64,000 bases of DNA, taken from NCBI GenBank assembly GCA_964016885.1, contig OZ024742.1, forward strand, positions 336,536,001 through 336,600,000, written 5' to 3'. This document shows, piece by piece, positions 1 to 11,795 of this stretch (its first letter is position 1; every line of letters begins with the position of its first letter). The stretch comes from Eledone cirrhosa. Its lineage: Eukaryota. A program made the translations under genes and the position numbers. The notes beneath the pieces are model-generated. The model was not told the DNA's origin, searched no databases, and was given only the letters and a program-made list of their open reading frames with translations.

Positions 1-332
1 CTCAATGTGCCATGCAGTGAGACCAAATCCGAAATTATATAGTTGCGAAGCGAACTCCTTAACCACACAGTCATGCCTGCATGTGAATGTGGAAAACATT
101 TAAGCGTTGACCAAAAGAGATGTAATTCATTTGTTCTAACGTTTTTAAATTTTATTCCAAGCTAGCCGACCCCATGGAAATTCCACGGTTTAATTAGAAA
201 CAACCACCAAGTACCAAAGATCAGTATGACATTTTGAATGTTTTATTTGTAAACCATATATAAACACTTAAATGATATAATCGTCCGGTGTTTTAAAAAC
301 ATTCCAGCGTTGCTACTACCACCATTGATCTC

Positions 333-365
<33 letters not shown>

Positions 366-1869
366 ACGCACTCTCGGCGTTGCAGTTACCATCTCTCTCT
401 CTCTCTCAATGCTCACACATTTCCCTATGAGATATAGAACAGTGTTAATGTAATAGATGTTTAACGATTTAAAACAATTATGCTATTTAAAATATTTGAA
501 CGAAAAAGAGATTAGATCTTAAGTGATTTCAGATAAACTGTACACTAGAAACACGGGCTGAATAAAATACATGAAATAAGATTGATATAGTAAAAATTAT
601 TTTTTAATTGATATCTTAATTAGTGGCTGCATTTCTTACGAATACTCTCTATTTCAATTAATTATTGCAGAAGTTTGGCGGATTTACTAAAATTATTAAT
701 TATTTCATTACAACGATAATTAATTTAACATGTAATTCATATACAAAATTATGTTGTAAAATTTAAATAGAAATCTTTTAAATTGGGTGGTTTTGTTTCA
801 TAAAACCAGAGCCGGTTTCGGGTGGATTGGTATAAAAAGATCTAATGTTGTTTTCAGTTAAGTAAAATTTAAATATAATTGTTAAGTATTTTTTTTTTTC
901 TAAAAAAGGAAAAAAATCAATTCGTCAGATTGAGTCAAGAAAACTATGTTTGCATACATTTTTCTGTTGTTGGCATTGTCTGCCTGTCACCACTCCCAGT
1001 AGAAGCGTCACCGCTTTTCTTGTAACAGGAGACGTCATTTGAACTCAGAATGCACAGATTCGTAACAGATACCACCAAGCATCTCGTTTGACTGATTAAC
1101 AAGGCCACCAATCAACCGCCCATTGACTGGTATTTTATTTATCGACACTGAAAGGCAAAAAGGCAAAGCTGACCTCGGTGAGATTTTGAACTGAGAGTTC
1201 AGAGAGCTGGAAGAAATACCGAGGCCTTTAATCCAACGCGATAACGACTAACACCTCGATTTAAAAATAATAATGAAGCAATAAAAGTTGTGAAAGATGA
1301 GGATATTACAATAGAAATGAAAAGATTCCGTTACTGTTTTTTATTTTATTTTACTTTATTTTTTATTGGTTTCAGTCATTAGACTGCCGCTATACTGAGA
1401 CACTGCCTTAAACGGATTTAATCGACTATGTCGACGCCATTCTATTTTATCACGTCTGGTACATCATTTATTGACGATGAGTGTTCCAATTGTTCCATCA
1501 CTGGAACGGTCTGTTCGTAATATCAACATCCAAGTAACTGAGCATTCCATAGGCCGGCGTACCCTTAACGTAATTCTCAGGGAGATTCAGAGTAGCACTT
1601 TGAGTAATATGTCTCGTCCCTTTAAATTACTCGCATAGTCTATCTGGTGCGCTTTCAGTTTCCGTCTGCCCAGTTTCACACATAAAACTTGGTTTGGCCT
1701 GAGGTTATTATAGTGAATGATACTTGCCCAAGATGTTACGCAGTTAAATCGAAATCGGGACCAAATGAATGCGAAGTAAACTTCTTAACCATTCGGCTGT
1801 GCTGCGTGCTAGCTAATTATTGTGTCAACTTTCAATCCTAGAAATGTCGGAATGTTTCACCACCCTCGC

Positions 1870-2280
1870 AACGCCCATAAACAAATACCTAACCACAATG
1901 TTACAAAATGCTGAACAATAAACTGTGGTACCTGCTTATGCCTAACTGAAGGACGAGAAATTCAAATTTAAAGATGGACAAACCTTCATATTAAAAGAAA
2001 ATTTCACCTGCAACTATGTGATTACTTGCTGTGGGTGTTTGCAAAATTACATAGTACAGGCGGGAGAGCCATTACACGAAAAATGACCATACACTACCAA
2101 CAAATCCGGGATGAGAAGACGAAACAAATCCTCTTAAATAGTCACATTGCAACATGCACGAGAGGGAAATTGTCCAACTTTAAAATATCTCCCCTCTACA
2201 AATGTTCAGATTCTTTTACACAACAGAGAATCTATAACGAAAAACAATTTGATACATATAAGCCACACTTAAATATGTAA
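1870..2280 (+). pseudogene. Degenerate PLE GIY-YIG endonuclease fragment
   Basis: Frameshifted homology to the 27654-28178 ORF (NCGTCLCLTEG..FKFKDGQTF; RKMTIHYQQIRD; FKISPLYKCSDSFTQQR). Confidence 0.75.
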
Positions 2281-2297
2281 TTGTTTCTCATGAGATA

Positions 2298-2516
2298 CTA
2301 AGTAATAGTTTCTTATATAGGCACAAGGCCAGCAATTTGGGGGGAAGGCAAAGTCGATTAAATCGACCACAGTACTTGACTGGTACTTTATTTTATCGAC
2401 CCCGTAAGGATGAAAGGCAAAGTTAACCTCGGCGGGATTTGAACTCAGATCATAAAGGGCCGTAAGTCTATGCTGCAAAGCATGGCGTCCGACCCTCTAC
2501 CGATACTGCCACCCCC
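2298..2516 (-). mobile_element. tRNA-derived SINE
   Basis: A-box-like TGGCAGTATCGG, B-box GTTCAAATCC and conserved core CCTTTCATCCTTACGGGGTCGATAAAATAAAGTACCAG on the minus strand. Confidence 0.85.
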
Positions 2517-2757
2517 GACAGAGAGAGAAGATAAAAGAAAAAGGCAACGCAGTACCAAAGACTCTTTTTCATGATTGGAAATTGAAAATTTTCACCGAAA
2601 GTTTATTAATTTAATATCTATTTATTTATTTTTAATTAATTTTTTGTTTGTTTTTTAAACAAATATCAATGTCCTTCACCTAAGATCCGCTTTCAAACTG
2701 TATTTGTATATTTCTATGTATATACGTGTGTGTATATATATATTTGTGTGTATATAC

Positions 2758-2823
<66 letters not shown>

Positions 2824-2863
2824 TTTTATAAATATAGTTTCCATTTATTTAATATCATTGTAT

Positions 2864-2958
<95 letters not shown>

Positions 2959-2998
2959 ATATTAAATAAATGGAAACTATATTTATAAAACCATATTT

Positions 2999-3059
2999 AT
3001 TTTATTATATATATTTCAAGGGTACAAAGACACATTGGTACACTTTCCTCAGATAAAAT
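2999..3059 (-). ncRNA. Type I hammerhead ribozyme in a PLE terminal repeat
   Basis: Minus strand: ATTTTAT-CTGAGGA-stem II (AAGTGTAC...GTACCCTT)-GAAA-TATATA-TA-ATAAAAT; same family as 35920-35983. Confidence 0.75.
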
Positions 3060-3519
3060 ATAAAGTTTGTTTTATAAATAGAGACATACCCATGAAAATC
3101 ATACCTTATCGGTTGGATATTCTCTGGATAGTGGAAATGTATTAGGGATTTTTCAAACTTATGGGTGAATATGCAAATGAATATGTAAATAATTGAAAAA
3201 CAACCGTTTATTTAAACGACTATGGAGAGAGAGAGAGAGGAGGAGAAGGACAAAATAGGGCGAGAGAGAGAGAGAGAGAAGAAAGGAAAAAGGGAAGATG
3301 AATAAAAACTCATATAACGTTAATTTGAGGGAAATATATTCTTATATATCTTAATAGTACGTGTATTTACGATTATTAATTGTTTAAAATTTGTTTATAA
3401 TATAATATTTTTCTTCTGTTATAAGTAGATAAATAAATATGTCGGACTTCAACAAATTAAATACCCCTTCTACTTATATATATATATAGACATACATACG
3501 TACGTATGTGTGTGCATAC

Positions 3520-3580
3520 ATGATGGCTGCCCCCTCGTTATCGAGTATGGCCATTGCACAATAAAAAAAAAAAAAAAAAA

Positions 3581-3634
<54 letters not shown>

Positions 3635-3682
3635 AATAAATAAATAAAAAAAAAAAAAATAAATAAAAAAATAAAAAAAAAG

Positions 3683-3715
<33 letters not shown>

Positions 3716-3835
3716 TATACATATATATATATACACATATATATACACACACACATACATACACATACATACATATATACACACACACATACATACACAT
3801 ACACTCACACATATATACACACATACATTAATAAC

Positions 3836-3881
<46 letters not shown>

Positions 3882-3960
3882 GCAATAATAATAATAACGA
3901 CAACAACAATAATAATATACATATTCATATATATATACACACACACGCACGCACATAAGC

Positions 3961-4002
<42 letters not shown>

Positions 4003-7000
4003 GATAGCAACTAACAGTGCTGCGATCGAATGTGGATTTTTAGCCCAGCCAATGATCCAAAATGTCTTGCACAGAGTCGGCAACCAAAACATTTACTGGG
4101 AATAGTCGGCTGTGGTTGGAGTTCGTGTACTTTTGCATGTCGCTTGAGTCCTCCTGCTGATTTACATTCTCTACCACATGTTTGGCAAGCATGATGAGTA
4201 GCATCTCCAACAGCAGCCTGGTAGTCAACCACTGGTCTTACTTTATGACTGCGAAGATGACTTTCGAGTCCAGCTTTGCTTAGGCAGAGTCTCGCACAGA
4301 CGCTGCATGTCAGAAACATAGGAGGACCCTCGCCGTCTGGAAGTGCAACAGCAATACCCTTCCTCACGTCCCGCTTTACTTTCTCGTGTGCGATTCGAGA
4401 TGCCTCAAAGGCAACTTTTCCCTCATATACAGTCTTTCTCCATTTATTACGATCAGCAGCAACATTTTCCCATGTATCAGCAGAGATGTTAGCGTCTCTC
4501 AGAGAGGCCTTCAAGGAATCCTTATACCTCTTTTTTGGTTTATGTGGCGGTCGTTTTCCTTTAACCAACTCTCCATAGAAGAGTTGTTTTGGTATTCTAG
4601 AATCCTTCATCCTGGCAAGGTGACCACTCCAACGGAGTCGCTGCTTAAGCACAAGAGCTTCTATACTGTCACACATAGAGCTTTCCAAAATCTCGACATC
4701 ACTGATGTGGTCCCTCCAGTGAACGCCATGTATCCGTCTGAGACACATCTGATGGAAACGCTCCAATTGCTTAAGGTGGCGTCGATATGTGACCCAGGTC
4801 TCGCAGGCATAAAGAAGACAAGAGAGTACACATGCCCTGTACACCTTTACCTTTGTCCTCCTGCATATGTCTCGCCGACCCCAGAGTCGCCTTTCTAGCT
4901 TTCCGAAAGCATCACTTGCTTTCCTAATCCTAAGTGAGATTTCACTGTCAAGGTTGCCGTATCGATTGACAGTGCTTCCCAGGTAGACAAACTGATCAAC
5001 CACTCCAAGTCGTTTGCCATACACATAGATGTTTGGTTCAGTGTACTGCCTACCAGGTGCAGGTTGGTACATGACGACGGTTTTCTTGAGACTGACAGTC
5101 AAACCCAGGGCAGTGCAAGCGTCAGAAAATACATTCAAAATGTGCTGCATATCACTCTCTGTGTGCGCTACAAGATCGCAATCATCTGCATACAAGAGGT
5201 CTCTTATGACTGATGTAAATACTTTTGTCTTCGCAGCAAAGCGCCTGATGTTAAATATGCTGCCTGAGGTTCGATATCGGATGTAAACACCATGCTCGCA
5301 ATTCCTGAATGCAATACAGAAAACCATTGCAAAGTATATGGCAAACAGGGTCGGTGCTGGAATATCCCCCTGTTTCACTCCATTTTTTACTGAGATAGGC
5401 TCCGACATGTTACCTCCGACATTAACCCAAGCCTTCATGTCGTCATGGAAAGACCTAACTAAAGCAAGGAACTTATCAGGGCAACCAAGTTTCTGGAGAA
5501 CCTTCCATAATGCATCTCTGTTGACAGTATCGAAAGCCTTTGTCAGATCGACAAAAACCTGATACAGATCCAAGCCCTGTTCAATGCACTTCTCCTGGAG
5601 CTGTCTAGCTGAGAAGATCATATCAGTAGTGCCGCGTCCAACACGAAAACCAGATTGACTTTCAGGAAGGACACAATCTGCAATGTGTGTCAGCAGACGG
5701 TCCAGAAGCACCCTACATAAAACTTTCCCCACGACAGAAAGCAATGATATACCTCTGTAGTTCCCACAATCATTCCTGTTACCCTTTCCCTTGTACAAGA
5801 CCACCATTACTGCATCTCTCCAGTCCTCAGGCACGGATTCATTAGCCCATATCCCTCCAAACAGAGAGTGAAGATGTTGCAGGAGTCTCTCACCACCATA
5901 TTGTAGGAGCTCAGCATGTATGCCATCCATACCTGGAGATCTTCCACTGTTCAGCTTCGAAATAGCCACTGCAACCTCCACAAGTGTCGGAGGCTCTGCG
6001 AGAGCTACTTTCACAGGACTTTCCGGAATGAGATTGAGGAAATCTTCACTGATGACAGACGGCTGATTCAAAAGATCATCAAAGTGCTCTCGCCACCTTC
6101 GTAGAATTCCCTGTGAGTCACGAAGAAGTTCTTTGCCATCCCTGCTGCGAATCGGTGTCACCAGAGAAGAAGACGGTCCATAAACCTCACGCAAGAGACT
6201 GTACAACAGCTTTGTGTTATTGCAATCAGACGCAGTTTGTATCTCACCAGCCTTCTCACTCCACCACTGATCCTTCATCTGAGAAAGACTCCGCCTAACA
6301 CGTGATTTTACATCCCTGAGCTCCTCATGCAACGTATTCCTCTCCTGTGGTCTTGCCGTCAAGTAGCGTGACAGAGCGCGGCTCTTATCAGCCAACAAGT
6401 CATCTATATGCACATCTTTCTCATTAAACCAGTCCTGATGTTTTCTCTGCACCAATCCCAGAACACGTCTGCCTACATCATAAACCGACTTTTTAAGGGT
6501 CGGCCAATCCTCACCAAGATCTGCAGCCTGCATCTCTTCTTCCAATGTCCTCTTCACATTTTTATCCTTAAGACGAGCAGCATTCAATCTTTTGGGCAGG
6601 GTAACACCAGGAGCCCGGATTTTACGTTTGGTGATTAGATTCACTTTTGCGCGTACCAGGCGGTGGTCCGTCCAGCACTCAGCTCCACGAAGAACACGAA
6701 CACACCGCACATCCTGTCTGTCACGCATCCTGACTAGGACGTAGTCCAAAAGATGCCATTCCTTAGATGCAGGATGCATCCATGTGGTCTTGAATTTGTT
6801 CTTTTGTTGGAACATGGTGTTGGTAACACACAGATCCAGCTCCTCACACATCTGCAGCAAGAGCATACCATTGCTGTTACACTTTCCCACCCCATGCCTT
6901 CCGATTACATTCCATGTGTTAAAATCCCTACCCACTCTAGCATTAAAGTCACCAAGCACGATGACTTTGTCTGCCTGAGGGATATTTCTTAAAACACCTT

Positions 7001-7503
7001 TCAAGGCATGGTAAAAGGACAGTTTTTCTTCATCGACAGAATTCATAGTTGGAGCATACACACTCACCAGGGTAGCATATCTTCCCTTGTCCAGCGGAAC
7101 TCTCATGGACATAAGACGCTCACTAATCCCCACTGGGAATTCTTCTAATTTATTCACCAGTACAGTCTTAACAGCAAATCCTACCCCAGCCTCTCTTCTG
7201 GTTCCTTCATCTCTTCCTTTCCAGAAGAATGTATATTCTCCACAAAATTCCGTAAGATGACCATCTCCAGCTAACCTCGTCTCAGACAAAGCCACGATGT
7301 CAAGATCGTAACGTCGAAGCTCCTTCGCAACAAGAGCGGTCCTTCGTTCAGGACGCTCCAAAGAATCCCTGTCAAGCAGCGTCCGTACGTTCCAGCAGCC
7401 AAGACTAAATGCCCTGTTTGGCTCTATTACAATGGCACGATGACGGGCGGGCCCAGGTTGTGATAACTTGGGGCCCCTGCCCTTATTGCCAATGATCTCT
7501 TGT
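3520..7503 (-). mobile_element. RTE-clade LINE, 5' UTR missing, ORF intact
   Basis: Single ORF; 3' terminal hairpin CTCG-ATAA-CGAG then GGGCAGCCATC; both ends abut (ATGT)n-like sequence. Confidence 0.95.
4011..7503 (-). CDS. RTE polyprotein: APE endonuclease, reverse transcriptase, three C2H2 zinc fingers
   Basis: WNVRT, LSETR, VYAPT, GDFNA, LDY, TDH (APE); YRGISLL, FVDLTKAFD, GVKQG, LYADD (RT); three CxxC...HxxxH motifs; no stops. The N-terminal part of the called ORF is microsatellite. Confidence 0.95.
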
Positions 7504-7992
7504 ATACATACATACATACATACATACATACATACATACATACATACATACATACATACGTGTGTGTGCAATTAGATGAATTATTTAGTGTGTAATGAAT
7601 AGTACCTCGGTAAACATTTTCCTAGCTCACTGCTGTTTGCAGTTGCAATTGTTAAAACATATCGGCTGCTAATGAACTCTTAATTAAACCGAACCTCACC
7701 ACGGCACAGAACTCTACATTATATAAGCTCCTTGTTTGTATATACGTATGTACGTACGTATATTATGTATTGTATGTATGTGTGTTTAAGTATGTATTGA
7801 AGAAGAAGAAGAAGAAGAAGAAACATGGTTTAGAGGATGAGGAAATTTTCTATCGTCATAAACATTTTTTATAGGACAAATTTGACAAAACAGTTCTTAG
7901 ATATAAACAAAAAGAAACAAATGAAATGTTTACGGGTGGAATGATTTTAGGTTTGATAAATCAAGAATGACCTTTATATGTGCGCGTGTGTG

Positions 7993-8033
<41 letters not shown>

Positions 8034-8039
<6 letters not shown>

Positions 8040-8186
8040 CCTTCGTTTGTATTTTTATTTTTAAAATCAAAGCAATTTTTTAAGGTTCCCCTTAAAAAGT
8101 TGTTATTCGTTTTGCCTTGCTTTCATCCTTTGTCTTGTCCTCTATTAATTTTACTCCGTTTATTATTGTATACATATATACACACA

Positions 8187-8226
<40 letters not shown>

Positions 8227-8378
8227 TGTGTGTATATATGTATACAATAATAAACGGAGTAAAATTAATAGAGGACAAGACAAAGGATGAAAGCAAGGCA
8301 AAACGAATAACAACTTTTTAAGGGGAACCTTAAAAAATTGCTTTGATTTTAAAAATAAAAATACAAACGAAGGACACA
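8034..8378. repeat. Perfect palindrome with ~155-bp arms centred on (TA)n
   Basis: 8034-8190 is the reverse complement of 8223-8378; the ORF track gives the same peptide on both strands. Confidence 0.95.
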
Positions 8379-8757
8379 GAACTCCAGTGCCATCGGCCGT
8401 TGAGGTTGTTTTTGGCAATTTCGACCCTTGCCAACATCACTGCTAGTACACCCGGAGTCACAGCGTCTGGCACAGGCCAAATTCTCTCGAGTGGAGTAAG
8501 AGACGAAAGAGAAAACATTAATTTATAGCAATTAAGCTATAACAAGTACACATACAATTTGAGTGACGCAGGGAAAAGTGTGGTGCTTCTTACAGCACGA
8601 GTATCTCAGGAAAGAAACATAGAAAAAAAGAAGAAAAGGAAGAAAAAAGCAAGAAGAAAGTAAGATATGTTAAAAAAATGTAAGCCCTTTAAATTAACTG
8701 GGAAGAAGCGTTAACACGTTTGTCACAGATTATATATATATATATATATATATATAT

Positions 8758-9071
8758 CCAGTCTCCTTCTCAGCTAGGTAAATGAAAAAAAACTTTAAAT
8801 CTTTAATTTTTAGTTTTTAATTCTTATTAATTCTTTTTAATACTCAACATTTGATAAGATGAATTTTAATAATACATCGAAACCGGTAATAATTTATATT
8901 ATAAAACTCTTTTTTAAAAGAATCGACCCTCTCATTTTTCCAATAATGCCACTTTGACGCATCAAAGAAAGGAAAAAAAAAAAGAAAATCAGACCCTAAA
9001 ATATATTTTCCTGCTATTTCCAACTTCACCTTTTCTCTATAACCACTGTTTTGTATAGAACCTTACTTCCC

Positions 9072-9077
<6 letters not shown>
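8758..9077 (+). mobile_element. Solo PLE terminal repeat between (TA)n tracts, with a variant hammerhead at 8846-8893
   Basis: 3' end TTTTCTCTATAACC...GTTTTGT.TAGAA is shared with 28550-28597; motif TTGATAA-GATG...CATC-GAAA-CCGG-TA. Confidence 0.65.
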
Positions 9078-9116
<39 letters not shown>

Positions 9117-9177
9117 ATGTATGTATGTATGTATGTATGTATGTATGTATGTATGTATGTATGTATGTATGTGTATT

Positions 9178-9588
9178 GGGAGAGATGACCCCTTGGTCTT
9201 TGTCAAGGCAGAATTCTAAGAGAAGGAAAACTCTGATATAACACCTGCAACCCTGATGGTATCCAATGATGTTGACTTGTTCTTCTTTTTGGTAAATATC
9301 ATCTTGGTTAAGAGAGTGGGACTGGCTTTGTGCAGTGCCTTTGCTCACTATAAAAGCTTCACGGCACAGACATTGCTTTATATCTGGAGATTTCTCTGCA
9401 CTTGTCGTCACATGGTACCATGGGCCCAGCACTATGTGTCAATAATTGTCACAAGTGTAGTGTTTGTACCAGAGTTTTCAAGTCGCTGGCTGGACTAAAA
9501 AGTCACACTCGTTCAGCGCATCGGTAGGGGTTCTCCTACATGGATATAAAGTAGTAGCCGTACTCGAAAACGATTTGGCAGCCACCAT
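9178..9588 (+). mobile_element. Non-autonomous RTE-derived retroelement, 5' truncated
   Basis: Near-identical to 16605-16998, 18672-19070, 59657-60262 and 60321-60897; ends in a zinc-finger remnant and an RTE-like 3' hairpin; flanked by (ATGT)n. Confidence 0.85.
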
Positions 9589-10169
9589 GTATGTATGTGT
9601 ATGTGTATAAGTGTGTGTGTAAACAAAGATACCAAGAAGTATAGGCTGTACAAATGTCTTGACGTTTCCAGTCAGAATGCTATCATTAAATCTCCTCATA
9701 CTGTAGGTTGTACATCTCGAACAACATGGTATCTTTATGCTTCATTTTCCTTCTTACATGGATCCTGTGGAAATAAATTAATTTCTTTTCAACATCAACA
9801 ACAACAACCACAACTAATGACCACAATATATTGTTAGTCTAGAGTCTATCGATTTTTTGTACCATCTAATATATCGATCAGAGTTTGTTTGTTGTTTCCT
9901 ATTATACATCGAATATATAAGTTTTTTCATCAAGCATTAAAAAATAAAGGATACATCATATCATCGTACTTGTAACTCCATTGGTTTAGTTGTTGTTGTT
10001 GTTGTTTTATTGTGTATGCCATTTTATTGCCTGGATTTTTTTTTTGTCAACCTATATTGCTAACAGTCTGGTCTGTCCATCCAAATTTACAACAGTTGAG
10101 CCAGTAACCGCTGCACATTTGGATTGCGATTTAATGACAGCAGTTCGTTTCTCTGTCTTTAATAATTGT

Positions 10170-10345
10170 TTCTATTTTTGGCACAAGGCCAGCAATTATT
10201 CCAGTGCATTATTTTATCGACCCTGTAAGGATGAAAGGCAAAGCTAACCTCAGCGGGATTTGAACTCAGAACGTAAAAAGGCCATAACTCTATGCTATTA
10301 AGCATAGTATCCGACGCTCTACCGATTCTGCCAATCCACCGCCCT
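10170..10345 (-). mobile_element. tRNA-derived SINE
   Basis: Same family; TSD TCTTTAATAAT. Confidence 0.85.
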
Positions 10346-11795
10346 TTCTCTTTAATAATAGTTGTTTTTTTTATTAGTCACAATGGCTTACGATATTGGG
10401 TCATTAAAAGGAAAAAAAACAACACAGAGTAGGGTTTATATCGTTTTAAAAAAGGGTACATCAACAGTAGGTATAACAATAATTGTAATAGATAGTTATG
10501 CTAACACTACAAATATCGACTACGAACAGTTCCCATATAGGGAGAAACTGCGCTTTAGAGTAATTCCAAGGAAAACCCCTCAGAAAGTCCCAGATTACTA
10601 TGTCACCGCTCGGGCATTGAAAGTACCTTCTCCCGGTTTCTTTCTTCCTTATTAAGATAGCAGTCCTTCAATCAGACAGAGGAAGACTTGCTGCACTTCC
10701 CTTCTCAAATAATGTGGCGATTCAGTTTTCATTATAGACCCGGCTGATAGCCAGATCCGTTCTACATAGCAGTGACTCTGCGTAAGCCCACAAGTCTACA
10801 ATGCACAAACACTAGATGATAACATGCAGAGTGGTTTCTTTGCCTCGTGTGTATCTTTTAGAAATTTTTTGTCCATAATCCCCGACATGAAAACCCTCTA
10901 GAAGGACATGTTCTGGATGTCCTCATCGATGCTATAGAGGACTAGTGGTGTGCAAGAGGTACGATGTTCTCGAAGAATCTCTAGGCGTCGACCAGAATGA
11001 ACTGACTAGTTTGAAGACTTCCAGCCTTGGGACTATAGATAATTTCCAGAAATCTCTAGCCTAAAAGTGCTATCAAGGGGCGCTGCAGGTTCAAGAGAAA
11101 CTCTAAAGGTATGGAAGTGCTGTCCGACATACGCTCAAAGAGGTGAAGCCTTTCTGCACGCACACATCCAGTGTCCGTGCATTACTGACTCATGAAGATT
11201 TGTCGAACAGCTATCGTTTCATCTATGACGGATACGTCTCTTGTCCGACACCATCGTGAAAATCACGCCGCCGTCTTCTTTTGGCTAAGAAGGACAGGTA
11301 CTTTTCCTCAGTCTAGTGACTATGGGGAACGAATTGTGGTGGACAAGACGAAAAAGACTAAAGACAGACACTTTTCTCTTCGGCAAAGCCCTCATCGACC
11401 TTTTCAATTCCACTTCGATCGGGAGGTGAGCATAGAGAAAAAAGTGCTGTATCCCAGTATATTTGTTAGAAGGTGAGTGAACGTAACAAGAGGGGGCAGA
11501 GTGAATGAGCCAATTCTAAGCATGCGCCTGAAGGCTACAGAGAATAGAAAAAAGAGGAGTGCTTGTCTATGCTGCCCTTTAATGATCGAGGGTGATCTCG
11601 GATCTGTAAAGGCTCCTAAATTACCCTTGGCTAATTATGTTATGTTACCTGGTTTATTTTGTTTCTGTATGTATGTACATCTCCACTGGCCTTGTTTATT
11701 GTATATCTTGTACCTAAATTGGAAACCTATATTATGTGTTTGCTGCTGTTACTGTTATTGCCATTAATATTATTTCTTTTCTCTTCTTTTCCCAG

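Noticed and set aside
140-845. Possible piggyBac-like MITE ends
   Set aside because: Inverted termini and TTAA sites too degenerate to support
9256-9498. Recurrent 80-aa ORF MVSNDVDLFFFL..., found five times
   Set aside because: Lies in young repeat copies, so conservation reflects recent copying; no recognisable domain
10500-11620. GC-richer segment that might be a missing Kv exon or a DIRS/LTR remnant
   Set aside because: No T1-domain or retroelement motif I could read with confidence in any frame
11736-11795. GTG-initiated N-terminus of the 375-aa Kv ORF
   Set aside because: It is the intronic polypyrimidine tract and acceptor; the exon starts at 11796
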